From: an uncultured virus (IMG/VR IMGVR_UViG_3300034418_005550)
Taxonomy: Duplodnaviria > Heunggongvirae > Uroviricota > Caudoviricetes
Virus record (IMG/VR): IMGVR_UViG_3300034418_005550
Length of the DNA stretch: 64,000 nucleotides
Reading direction: 5' to 3' (one strand)
In this document: in pieces, positions 9,927 through 19,133 of the stretch
How positions within the stretch are numbered: the stretch's first letter is position 1
Layout of the letters: the number at the start of each line of letters is the position of its first letter
Made by a program: the position numbers and the translations under genes
Notes under the pieces: generated by a model
What the model was told of the DNA's origin: nothing
Database searches by the model: none
The model's input: only the letters and a program-made list of their open reading frames with translations

Positions 9927-10121
9927 CTACTTGGCTTTGTTTTCTTTAGGTGCTTTTGCCTTTTTTCCTAAACCCCATTCTTTAGCTTGTATATCAGATA
10001 TTTCTTCACCTGCTCTAGCTACTAAAGAAACAGATTGACCTGCGAACTCTTTTGGATGTCCGTCAGATTCTACATATTTGTCATCTTTTTTATATAAATC
10101 TTTTTTTAATTTGTAAGCCAT
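9927..10121 (-). CDS. Small Lys-rich protein after MCP
   Basis: Probable start MAYKLKK after AAGGA; homolog 43868-44065 (RAG.EISD.QAK.W, ENKAK). Confidence 0.7.
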   Translation of the reverse strand: MAYKLKKDLYKKDDKYVESDGHPKEFAGQSVSLVARAGEEISDIQAKEWGLGKKAKAPKENKAK

Positions 10122-10139
10122 TTTTCCTTTTTCCTTTGA

Positions 10140-10184
10140 GTTCTGTTTCTCACTCGATCCATAAGACGAGTGAGAAAACAAAAC
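10140..10184 (-). promoter_or_regulatory. Conserved stem-loop downstream of MCP
   Basis: TTCTCACTCG/CGAGTGAGAA stem; equivalent at 44077-44127. Confidence 0.6.
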
Positions 10185-10198
10185 CATAATTACTAACT

Positions 10199-11446
10199 TT
10201 AGAAGTTTGTAATTGAACAGAAAGCAGTTGCTCGATAGATTGCGAAACCTAAGCGCATATTTGCTTTCATCATTACTTTATCTTTTGTAAAGAAGTCATC
10301 ATGTGAATCAGACATTGAAACATCCATGCCTTCTCTACTTACAATGTGTGCAGCTAAACCGCCACCGAATACACCGACAAGAGCTGTTCCTGCGGATATT
10401 GCGGTTGTTGGTACAACTGGAACACCCCACATACTAGCTGTAGGTGCACCATTGAACATTCCGTTTCCAATGAATAATGGTTGTAAAGCACCTGAAGTTG
10501 TAACAGCGTTTACTTCTGTAACAACATCATACCAATCAGATGGGTGCATAAGTATTGCGTCTGGCTCTAAGAATGCATCTTTTCTGATTTCAGTAATTGC
10601 TTGATAGATCTGGCCAATTCTCTTAAGATTTCCTGCGAATGAGGAATAATCAAAAGTATTGATTCCAGATTTGTTTAATACACCACGAATATTTGGTGCA
10701 GTTCCATTACCATTCAAGAGTTCGCTGTCAAGTCTTAGCTGTAACATTGTTCTTAATCTTGAATCTAAATAACCATTTACAGTTGCAACATCTGCTAAAA
10801 GCTCTTCAGTTACAGGAATAGAAACACCGAATTTTCTTATTTCTTCTGTGTTCTCTGTAAATGCTAGAGCTGATTCACCGAATGCGTTGCCTTCGGCTAC
10901 TTCTGCAGCGTTGTTTGTAAAGGTTGTTTCTTCCAAATACTTGTATTGATATTGGTCAGTTGTAATAACTGAGAACAAATCAACAACAGTATTAGGATTT
11001 CTCAATGCAGTTGGGACAATTAAATCATCTCTAACTACTGCAGGTGGATAACCAGTTTCTGTTAAAAGAGTTTTTCTTTCAAGAATTGGATTCCACTTAA
11101 TCTCAGAAGTTACATTAAGCATTCCGTCATTTTTATATGCTTGGTATGCTTTTGATTCCATTACCATATCTGCTAATGATTTTCTTGTGATTTTCTTTTC
11201 TTCTTCATGAATTGGAAGAGATTTTACTTCAGCACCTTTTTCAAGTTCAACTTCATTTTCAGCTTTTTGCTTTTCGAAAACTTGTTGCTCTCTTATTTCT
11301 GCTGAAAGGCTTTCAAGTTCTTCATTTCTTTTTGCCCATTCTTCTTTTTGTTCTGCTGACATATCAGAAAAATTGACATCTGCAAAGTTCTTTGCCTCTT
11401 CTCTTAATTCTTGAAGTTTAGATTGTTTTGCTTTTAAATCACTCAT
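10199..11446 (-). CDS. Major capsid protein, HK97 fold
   Basis: N-terminal coiled-coil delta domain; VAEG, ELLAD, LLNGNG, HPSDW motifs. Confidence 0.95.
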   Translation of the reverse strand: MSDLKAKQSKLQELREEAKNFADVNFSDMSAEQKEEWAKRNEELESLSAEIREQQVFEKQKAENEVELEKGAEVKSLPIHEEEKKITRKSLADMVMESKAYQAYKNDGMLNVTSEIKWNPILERKTLLTETGYPPAVVRDDLIVPTALRNPNTVVDLFSVITTDQYQYKYLEETTFTNNAAEVAEGNAFGESALAFTENTEEIRKFGVSIPVTEELLADVATVNGYLDSRLRTMLQLRLDSELLNGNGTAPNIRGVLNKSGINTFDYSSFAGNLKRIGQIYQAITEIRKDAFLEPDAILMHPSDWYDVVTEVNAVTTSGALQPLFIGNGMFNGAPTASMWGVPVVPTTAISAGTALVGVFGGGLAAHIVSREGMDVSMSDSHDDFFTKDKVMMKANMRLGFAIYRATAFCSITNF

Positions 11447-11458
11447 AACCTTTGCTCC

Positions 11459-12274
11459 TTAAATTAAATCTGAACTCTCATCTAACAATCTGCTAGTTTC
11501 CCTAAACAAATCATTGATTTCAAGTTCATTATCTATTACTTCGTTCCTATCACTCGCCACCCTTAACATAGTGTCTAAGTCTTGGTGCATATCTTCTAAT
11601 GCGTCTTTTAGTTTTTCGATTGCGTCCGCTGACGAATCTGATAGGTTTTTATCTTTGCTTAAGCGTAAAGAAGTCAGCTCTTTACATCTTCCCAGAAGTG
11701 AAGTCATCTTGATAAGCAAGTTATCCACTTCTTCTACAAAACTCATTCCGCTTTTTTTTGAATCTTCTTTGACTTCTTCGTCCAGATCCTTTTGCGTTTG
11801 TTCTTTAATTCCTACTGTGTGTGTATTTTGATTAGCACCTACAAGAACTGGGCTTACTTCCCACACTTTGACATCTTTTAAAAATCTTACTTCTTGTTCC
11901 TCGCCATTACTTTTTGTAAACATTCCTTTTTCAGAATCATGAACTTCAAAACCGAATGACCATTGTTGTAAATCATCCATAGCTTTTACAGTTTCGTAAG
12001 CCTCACGCCCTGCCTCTGTATTCATATTGAACTTGCCTTCAAAGGTAGCTTTGTCATTATCTTGAACAATTTTTCCTTTACCTATAATGTGTTTCCAATC
12101 GTGTCCCCACACCATTACTACACCTTTGTCGCCATACCCACTTCTTATGGATCTAGGTAACACGACATCGTTGTCTGAATCTACTTCATTAAATACAGAA
12201 AAAACTGCTTTGACTTGTCCTGTTTCTTCGTTGAATGATAATAAGTCTTTACCTTTGTATTCTTTTTTGTCCAA
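11459..12274 (-). CDS. Prohead protease (HK97/S78 family)
   Basis: WGHD, WSFGF, WEVSPVLVGAN motifs. Confidence 0.93.
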   Translation of the reverse strand: MDKKEYKGKDLLSFNEETGQVKAVFSVFNEVDSDNDVVLPRSIRSGYGDKGVVMVWGHDWKHIIGKGKIVQDNDKATFEGKFNMNTEAGREAYETVKAMDDLQQWSFGFEVHDSEKGMFTKSNGEEQEVRFLKDVKVWEVSPVLVGANQNTHTVGIKEQTQKDLDEEVKEDSKKSGMSFVEEVDNLLIKMTSLLGRCKELTSLRLSKDKNLSDSSADAIEKLKDALEDMHQDLDTMLRVASDRNEVIDNELEINDLFRETSRLLDESSDLI

Positions 12275-12279
12275 TTTCT

Positions 12280-13908
12280 TTAAATCCTTTTTTCGTTATA
12301 GTTTAAAAAACATCTACAATTTACAGTTAGATCTGGTGTTGCTCCCAAAGAGCTATCACCTGGATATGCTAACTTCATACCATCATAGTCAAATAATTTC
12401 TGCTCGTCTATCTCTGTTCCGTCTAAGATAACATGAGCGTCACGAACTTTGCCGTCCCTTTGACTAATCCATTCTTTAGTGTAGAGCAAACCGCTAGACT
12501 TTGCACCAACTAAACGCCCATAATTTGCAATCTTATTTGTTTCAGTTCTCGCTATTGTTAAAGCTCTTGTAAGATTTTTTTGACTAAGAACTTTACGCAC
12601 TTTATCAGCGACAAAGTTTTGCAATCTACTGCCTGTATAGTTTAGCTCAAAAGCCTCATCAACTGCACTTAAAAAACTATTTTTAAATCTTGTCTTAGAA
12701 GTTTTGGCCATATTTGGTATCATCTCTTCAATAAGTCCTGCTAAATATTCTGCTGCCTCTTTATTTTGTCTGAGGTTTGTTAATGGAAATTTACTTGGAT
12801 CGATGAGCCTTATAAAAAAACCTTGTGTCAATAATTCTTCTTCACTTCTTTTTTGTTCTATTCTTACTGTTGTTATTTCTTTAGTTAGATCTGGGAGCAT
12901 TAAATCAATTTGATAATATGCAAAGTCATTAGCTATTGCAATGTAATAATCATAAAGAGAAGATTTCCAAGTGTCCATGTTTGTATCAATAGCTTGATTA
13001 ACGATAGCCTCAAGTCCTAACTCATTGGGCATGTATCTATTTAGTAATTGAAATATTTTCATATCTTGTGTTTGCAATAAATCAAAATATAATTCTTTAA
13101 CAGCTTGTTCCCAATTACCTACAAATCTGTCGTGTTCTTTCCAGAGTATATCTTTTACACTTTCACTTCTAAATTTATTTGTTCTGTAATCCCATTCTTC
13201 TTGTCTTAATATATTTTTTCTGCGGACTAACTCAGCTGCACTGTCTGCTTTTTCATCTCTCTTATTCATAGCCCTAACAAGTTTTTGGCTCCAAGTTTTT
13301 CCTGCCTCACCGCCCCACAAAGCCCAAGCGATTCTGCCGTTGCTTGGATAGCCTTTTTCTCCAGGTCGCCAACCCTCAGCCTTTTTATCTACTTCATGTC
13401 TAGGAAAATATTTTGCAATATGTCTAGTTTTTTCTGAACCTGCAACAGTATTATTTAAAATATATCTAGCCGAATTTAAACCTACATCAGTTCCGCCACG
13501 CCCAAATTCTTTTCGCCAATCTAAACCCCGCTTGGCTTCTTCTTTAGCACCTTTTGGAATTGTAAAATCTAAATCATCATATAAACTTTTAAAACTTTTT
13601 TTGCTTGATAATGGATGAGCTCTTGGAAGTAAATCCAAATCAAATCGTCCAGATCTAAACCTCAAATTTCTAAGAGCATACAAGAAGGCATTAACACGAG
13701 CATAAGCCCATTGGTCTTCACTATTTACACTTGGTCTTACTGAACTTGGATTAGTTCTGTATGCACCTACACCCCTACGAAAAACTGCACCGAGCATTCC
13801 AAGAGTTGCTCTTTTTCTTGGATCATCGCCCCACTTCTCGTTGTGCTCATCTACTTTTTTTTGTAATGCAGCTTTTACTCTATCTGTAAGTTGCTTACTC
13901 TCTATCAT
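12280..13908 (-). CDS. MuF-like minor head protein with N-terminal accessory domains
   Basis: IARTE, KEW....D..VR..H, PGD...NCRC motifs. Confidence 0.88.
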   Translation of the reverse strand: MIESKQLTDRVKAALQKKVDEHNEKWGDDPRKRATLGMLGAVFRRGVGAYRTNPSSVRPSVNSEDQWAYARVNAFLYALRNLRFRSGRFDLDLLPRAHPLSSKKSFKSLYDDLDFTIPKGAKEEAKRGLDWRKEFGRGGTDVGLNSARYILNNTVAGSEKTRHIAKYFPRHEVDKKAEGWRPGEKGYPSNGRIAWALWGGEAGKTWSQKLVRAMNKRDEKADSAAELVRRKNILRQEEWDYRTNKFRSESVKDILWKEHDRFVGNWEQAVKELYFDLLQTQDMKIFQLLNRYMPNELGLEAIVNQAIDTNMDTWKSSLYDYYIAIANDFAYYQIDLMLPDLTKEITTVRIEQKRSEEELLTQGFFIRLIDPSKFPLTNLRQNKEAAEYLAGLIEEMIPNMAKTSKTRFKNSFLSAVDEAFELNYTGSRLQNFVADKVRKVLSQKNLTRALTIARTETNKIANYGRLVGAKSSGLLYTKEWISQRDGKVRDAHVILDGTEIDEQKLFDYDGMKLAYPGDSSLGATPDLTVNCRCFLNYNEKRI

Positions 13909-15568
13909 CTTTTATGCGTTCTTCATATTCTTCGTGAGTTGAACAAGGCATATAAATGAGGTTGCCGTCTTTATCGTGAGTATGAGTTCCGCTACAACCT
14001 AATTCTTCAGCTCGTTCTCTTGCCTCTTCTTGCGTAGTGAATTCGTCTTGACCTACCATAGCCTTTGGCTCATCAGCAAATCTCTCTATTTGTCTAAGTC
14101 TTGCCTCAGCTAATTCTCTACTAGGATAACAACCCATATTCTTTCCAGACTCTTCAGCTATTACGCAAAACTCTCCATCAATTTCTCTTACTACTTTTAA
14201 ATTAACTACAATATTATTTAAGATTTTTTCATCATCTTCTATTTCTATCTCTTCAACTTCTTCAACTTCTTTTGGTTCTTCTTTAGGCATTGGCTCTTCA
14301 ATAGATAAATTTGCAGGTGTAACTAATTTGTTAGCGTCTAAATAATATACATCTTGTTTATCGTTTGTAGGTAAGCCTACTTGTTCTCTGGCCTCAGCTA
14401 CAGTAATCCAACCACCCTGCACACCTATATTAAGCCTATTGAAAAGCTCGTCCATATCTTGTTGTAAAGCTCTTACATTTGAATAATCATAGTAAGCAGT
14501 TATCTCTTCTGTTTCTTCATAATCTTTTAATAAAAGTTGTTGTGTTAATTCTTCCCCTACTTGTTTCCATAAAGGAATTAATTTATTTTCTGTAAAAAAT
14601 TCTCTAAGAGTTTCAGCATTGGAATATGTTGCTCGTTCAAGTCCAGATCCTAAACCTGCAAGAATTGCAGGAACACCCAAGACAGCTGATATTCTCTCTT
14701 CTGGTACACGCCTTAAAGTTCCTATGTCTAATTCAGTAGGGCTAAAAGCCATTTTTTCAACTTTCATAGCACCTGTAACTACAAGCGGTTTCCCTTTATT
14801 TTTTCCTGCAGTTTTTTGTTGATAAGTTCTTGCTATTTGTTCTGCCTCTTCTGGTGTAGGTGAGTATTCAGTTCTAGGTGTTATTAATACACTAGGAACA
14901 CCGCTATTTGCAAGAAGAGCTGTAGCCAATTGCCCTGCAGATTCATCGCCATAAATTTCTCTTAATACTGACCTTAAAGGTGCAAAACCTTTTTTATGAT
15001 TATTTGGATCTAAGCCTAAACGAATGTGAACAATATCTTCTGGCCTAATTATAAATTTTTGATTATTGGTTTCATATTCATAGAATGTTATTAAATCTTC
15101 TTTAGTTCCCTGCGGTTTTACTTCTTCAGGCATTAAAGGATATAAAGCAACAACCTGTCCTGCGTTATTCTTTTGTTTAAGCAAGTAAGCGTCCCCAGAT
15201 ACATGCATAGCATTTATAATATATTGCTGTATAATGTCGCCACTCATGTATGGATTTGGTCGGCGCATAAGTTTAGTTAGTGGATGATTAAGAACATCTT
15301 GCTCATATCCCTCACTATCATATTTCTTAACACTAAGTTGAGCCTCACTAAAAGATGTTCCTAGAACTTGTAAACAAGCAACTACTGCGGAATTACTTGC
15401 ACCATTTCCCATTGTGCTTATATCCCAAGCACCAGATCTGTTGTTATAACCTTGAATAAAATTTAAGTTGTTATAAAGTGAATCTTCATCTCTAAAAGTG
15501 TTCAATCTTTTTTCTTCTGTATTATCTCTGTTAAAAATTATATCTGTAAATCTTTTTCTTTCAGCCAT
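13895..15568 (-). CDS. Portal protein (HK97 family) with C-terminal accessory modules
   Basis: RPNPYMS, GDAY, I..VLGVP, TYSNAE, T..EAR motifs. Confidence 0.95.
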   Translation of the reverse strand: MAERKRFTDIIFNRDNTEEKRLNTFRDEDSLYNNLNFIQGYNNRSGAWDISTMGNGASNSAVVACLQVLGTSFSEAQLSVKKYDSEGYEQDVLNHPLTKLMRRPNPYMSGDIIQQYIINAMHVSGDAYLLKQKNNAGQVVALYPLMPEEVKPQGTKEDLITFYEYETNNQKFIIRPEDIVHIRLGLDPNNHKKGFAPLRSVLREIYGDESAGQLATALLANSGVPSVLITPRTEYSPTPEEAEQIARTYQQKTAGKNKGKPLVVTGAMKVEKMAFSPTELDIGTLRRVPEERISAVLGVPAILAGLGSGLERATYSNAETLREFFTENKLIPLWKQVGEELTQQLLLKDYEETEEITAYYDYSNVRALQQDMDELFNRLNIGVQGGWITVAEAREQVGLPTNDKQDVYYLDANKLVTPANLSIEEPMPKEEPKEVEEVEEIEIEDDEKILNNIVVNLKVVREIDGEFCVIAEESGKNMGCYPSRELAEARLRQIERFADEPKAMVGQDEFTTQEEARERAEELGCSGTHTHDKDGNLIYMPCSTHEEYEERIKDDRE

Positions 15569-15587
15569 TCCTTTTCCATTCTTCCTA

Positions 15588-15639
15588 GCTTGACAGCTGA
15601 ATTAGACGCACCCAATAAATTGGAATCCAGCTCCCAAGC
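15588..15639 (-). promoter_or_regulatory. Candidate structured RNA element between terL and portal
   Basis: Long stem enclosing a mini-hairpin followed by TGCGT; same architecture at 49207-49262. Confidence 0.5.
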
Positions 15640-15642
15640 AAC

Positions 15643-16893
15643 TCAATAAGCTGTAAACTTCTTTTGGTTTTGAATTAACAAAACCGCATAAGCTAATGCA
15701 TCAACTTGGTCATCATGCTCACCCACAGGGAATGTCAATAACTCTCGCTGTAAATCAGCATACCATAAACTTTGCTCATTGAACCACACTTTACCAGATT
15801 CCATACGAGCAGCAAGAGGCAAAGCCCTTGACACCTTATCTCTGTCAGCCCTTAGTTCTTTAACAGGTAAGCCCTCACGCCTAGCTATTTGCACCATTGA
15901 TAGTTGAAAACCTGTTTTCTCTATATAAAAAGCCTCAGGCATTTCTCTATCATTTATGTCTTTCATTATAGGGATAATGTCGGGGGCTTCAACTCTTCGC
16001 CTCAATAAATCTAAAATAATAAAATTGTTATTAGGTGTTACTGCAACAGTTGCTATAACAGTAAAGTCAGCAGTTGTCTTAGTGCTCGCAGCTAAATCAA
16101 CAGTGCAGTATTTCCTACACTCACTTAATTGCACTTCTTCATTATCTAATATGTAATATTGATTAATAGTTTCGTTTCCAGTTTCGTCATATTCTTTGCG
16201 TTCTTCGGTTTCGTAGAATCTAGCCCATTGACTTTTAAATATTGATCCAAACTCTGTAAATTCTGCTAAATATTCTTGACTAAAAACTAATGAACCTAAT
16301 TCTTCTTTAGCCCCCTCAATTTCTTCTTTTGGTATGTAAGGATTATCAAAAGTTGTAAATCTGAAAACTGACCAATTATCTAAACTATCAGCTCTCATTG
16401 TTAGCTCATGAAACCAAGTGCCCATTCCATTTGGTGTAGAAATAAATATGGCCTGCCCTTGTCTATCAGTAAGAGTCGGTCTTATAACTTCCCAAACATC
16501 TTTTTTCATGAAAGCTACTTCATCAAGTATTACTAAGTCAAGCCCTGCACCTCTCAATCGATCTGGATTATCGCCAGACTTACATTGAATAAATCCACCA
16601 CCATTAAACTCTATACGCTTTTCAACTTCTCTAATATGAGTATTAGGGATTTGGTTAGCAAAATGTTTAAACTCTCTGTAAGAATCTTGCGTCATATTGT
16701 AAGTAGGTGCTATAAACCATACCCTACCGCCATTAATAGCAGTTTTAATTGCGTATAATATTGATAGCCTAGTCTTACCAAATCTTCTTCCTGCGACAAT
16801 GACTTTAAATCTATTTGGATCTTTTATAACTTTTATTTGATTTTTATGTAATTTTGGAAGTTCTATTAAATCGGTTTCGTAAGTTTCGGCCAT
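15643..16893 (-). CDS. terL: Terminase large subunit
   Basis: AGRRFGKT Walker A, VILDE Walker B, ISTP, HDDQVDA nuclease motif. Confidence 0.96.
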   Translation of the reverse strand: MAETYETDLIELPKLHKNQIKVIKDPNRFKVIVAGRRFGKTRLSILYAIKTAINGGRVWFIAPTYNMTQDSYREFKHFANQIPNTHIREVEKRIEFNGGGFIQCKSGDNPDRLRGAGLDLVILDEVAFMKKDVWEVIRPTLTDRQGQAIFISTPNGMGTWFHELTMRADSLDNWSVFRFTTFDNPYIPKEEIEGAKEELGSLVFSQEYLAEFTEFGSIFKSQWARFYETEERKEYDETGNETINQYYILDNEEVQLSECRKYCTVDLAASTKTTADFTVIATVAVTPNNNFIILDLLRRRVEAPDIIPIMKDINDREMPEAFYIEKTGFQLSMVQIARREGLPVKELRADRDKVSRALPLAARMESGKVWFNEQSLWYADLQRELLTFPVGEHDDQVDALAYAVLLIQNQKKFTAY

Positions 16894-17396
16894 TATTCAT
16901 CTACATCTTCCTCAATATCATCTGACCATTTGACTTTTATTTTTCTTAATCCACCTGCTTGTATTCCTAAAGTTGATTCTGGTTCTCCATGTAAAGTTCT
17001 TTCACCTCTTATACCTGAATCTAATAAAGCCAATGCCTCTTTTGCGTCTAATTGTTCTGGTCTTATATTTCTAATTTTTTCAAAACCTTTTGTTTGCTTT
17101 ACTACTTCAAATGTTAAGTGGCGTTCTCTCATTTGTTTTAGTTTTTCTTTATTCTCGATCTGGTAAATTCTGTCTTGTTCTATATCAAATTCTTCACAGC
17201 GTTTTACCCAATTATATTTAGATGACCACCTTTTTAATTGAGCTAAAATTGTATTTTCTTTGCGTCCAGTTTCTTCGGCATACATCTTGGCTACTTTGGG
17301 CAGACTTCTTGTATATCCTAAATCACGATAAAGTCCAAAAGCATTGAAAGCTTTTTGCGTTTCGTTCTTTAACCTATCCCAACTATTCTCATTCAT
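16893..17396 (-). CDS. terS: Terminase small subunit (putative)
   Basis: Directly upstream of terL; ET.KAF.AF..Y, RWS.KYNW..R motifs. Confidence 0.7.
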   Translation of the reverse strand: MNENSWDRLKNETQKAFNAFGLYRDLGYTRSLPKVAKMYAEETGRKENTILAQLKRWSSKYNWVKRCEEFDIEQDRIYQIENKEKLKQMRERHLTFEVVKQTKGFEKIRNIRPEQLDAKEALALLDSGIRGERTLHGEPESTLGIQAGGLRKIKVKWSDDIEEDVDE

Positions 17397-17398
17397 AA

Positions 17399-17959
17399 TT
17401 AATCCCAACTAGGTGAGAAATCATTGTTCTCTTTAAATTTTTTAATATGTTCAACATTCTTCCCTGCTCCGCCACTCTCTGCTAGTTCTTTAATAAGTTC
17501 AATAGAGCCTGCCTCATATAATCTTCTTATCTCTTCATCTTCCATTCCTAACAACTTATTTAACTTGTCATTGTCTAGCTTATGGTCATCTTTTAATTTT
17601 TGCATTATTACAGCCATTGGTCTTACGCCATGCTGACCCCTAGCTCTGTTATGTCTAATAGTAGCCATTATTTGTTCATCTTCCCCAATTTCTTTTAAAA
17701 CTACTACAGGAACAAGTCCGCCTGTTAATTCTTTAATTTCTTTATGACCCGAAACTGTCCACCTGTGGAATCCATCAACAATTTCTTTTGATTCTCTTAT
17801 CACTATTGGTTGTGTCCAACCACTATTTAAAATTGATTCTTTTAACAGCTTTAACTCTGGCGGAGCAACTTTGTTTGGATTGTATGTATTTGAGAACAGC
17901 TCTTCTCTATCAATCCATTGAACATCGCTAATTGGTTGATTCTTGTAATTCTTTGTCAT
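17399..17959 (-). CDS. ParB/Srx-domain protein, IbrB/YbdM-like
   Basis: NTYNPNKVAPPELKLL, GWTQPIV, IVDGFHR, ATIRHNRARGQH; start set at MTKNY. Confidence 0.88.
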   Translation of the reverse strand: MTKNYKNQPISDVQWIDREELFSNTYNPNKVAPPELKLLKESILNSGWTQPIVIRESKEIVDGFHRWTVSGHKEIKELTGGLVPVVVLKEIGEDEQIMATIRHNRARGQHGVRPMAVIMQKLKDDHKLDNDKLNKLLGMEDEEIRRLYEAGSIELIKELAESGGAGKNVEHIKKFKENNDFSPSWD

Positions 17960-19133
17960 ACCTTGCCTTCCTTTTATTCCATTCTTCCAGATCCCTATGT
18001 TTTGTAATTGCTTTAGGCATTCTTCTGCCCTTAGTATTTCCACGAATAGCTACTTTTAAAATCATATCCCAGTTTAAACCTGTATCTGGATGTATAGCTT
18101 TATGCAATATTGGATCACTTGTTTTGCTATAATGCGCATTCATCCACCTTTGAATGTTTGTTATAATTTCTAATTGCATTTGTGGTTTATGCTTTTGAAC
18201 TTGCGTTAAAATAAATTCTTCCCATTCCATTTCTGCAGGTTTTTCGATTGTCTTATTAAATCCATAAAGTTCTGTAGTTGAGTATCTAGCTGCAGTTCTT
18301 GCACCATCAACTCTATCCACCATTTTTTCCCAAACATCTGGATAACATAAAGGAAAACGCCACAACTTTTGCATAGGCTCTTCGCCAAAAGGTGGTGCTA
18401 TTCTTTGAGCTGAGGGGGATATTCCCGCCATTTGTTCTAGTTCGTAGCATTCGTTAGTGTCCCAACCATACTTTATTGGAGCCGTCCAAATATCTGCAGT
18501 TGTCCAATCATAAATAGGCAATACCTTTCCACCACTTGCGCCCTTATCTTGAAAAGGAATTATGTAATTGAATTCTCGCATTTCTGCCGCCCTGCTTGAA
18601 ACTTGTAAAAATCTTGATAAAGATTCGTCAGCTCTTATTCCCATTACTCGCCCCACAGTTCCATATTTTTTTGTCGGTCTTGATAAAGCGTCAAGATCTG
18701 GAATCATTAACCTGCTATTTGGATCGTCAGAATTATAGCCCTCAATCTTAGATATTCCCTCAACTGGTTTTGGTCTTACCCACAAATCTTTTTCTTCTTC
18801 TGCCCATGGAAACCAATAAGGTTGTTTAGTTGAGCAAGCGTTCCTATGTTTAATTGGAACAGTGAACCAATCCATATCAATTTCTTCTAAGTTATAAACA
18901 CGCCTTACATAATGTTCAGTTTCATAAGGGATAGCTTCTTCGTCCCAAAAATAAACATTTAAAGGTAATTTATTTAAGTGTTTTGCAACTTCTAATGTAA
19001 TGTTTAATACAGCTGTAGAGTCTTTTCCACCGCTAAAGCCTACCGAGATTGTATCAAATAATTTGAATGCTTGTTCAACTCTCTCTAAAGCTCTTGTATA
19101 AACATCAACTGTAGTATATAATTTTTTGCCCAT
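17928..19133 (-). CDS. PP-loop/PAPS-reductase family protein, IbrA/YbdN (DUF3440)-like
   Basis: VGFSGGKDS PP-loop, DEEA, GIRADESLSR, PIYDWTTADIW. Confidence 0.9.
   Translation of the reverse strand: MGKKLYTTVDVYTRALERVEQAFKLFDTISVGFSGGKDSTAVLNITLEVAKHLNKLPLNVYFWDEEAIPYETEHYVRRVYNLEEIDMDWFTVPIKHRNACSTKQPYWFPWAEEEKDLWVRPKPVEGISKIEGYNSDDPNSRLMIPDLDALSRPTKKYGTVGRVMGIRADESLSRFLQVSSRAAEMREFNYIIPFQDKGASGGKVLPIYDWTTADIWTAPIKYGWDTNECYELEQMAGISPSAQRIAPPFGEEPMQKLWRFPLCYPDVWEKMVDRVDGARTAARYSTTELYGFNKTIEKPAEMEWEEFILTQVQKHKPQMQLEIITNIQRWMNAHYSKTSDPILHKAIHPDTGLNWDMILKVAIRGNTKGRRMPKAITKHRDLEEWNKRKARYDKELQESTN

Noticed and set aside
17928..19133. Auxiliary sulfur-assimilation gene cysH
   Set aside because: Length, motifs and IbrB partner fit the IbrA/DUF3440 group; the CysH C-terminal ECGLH motif is absent
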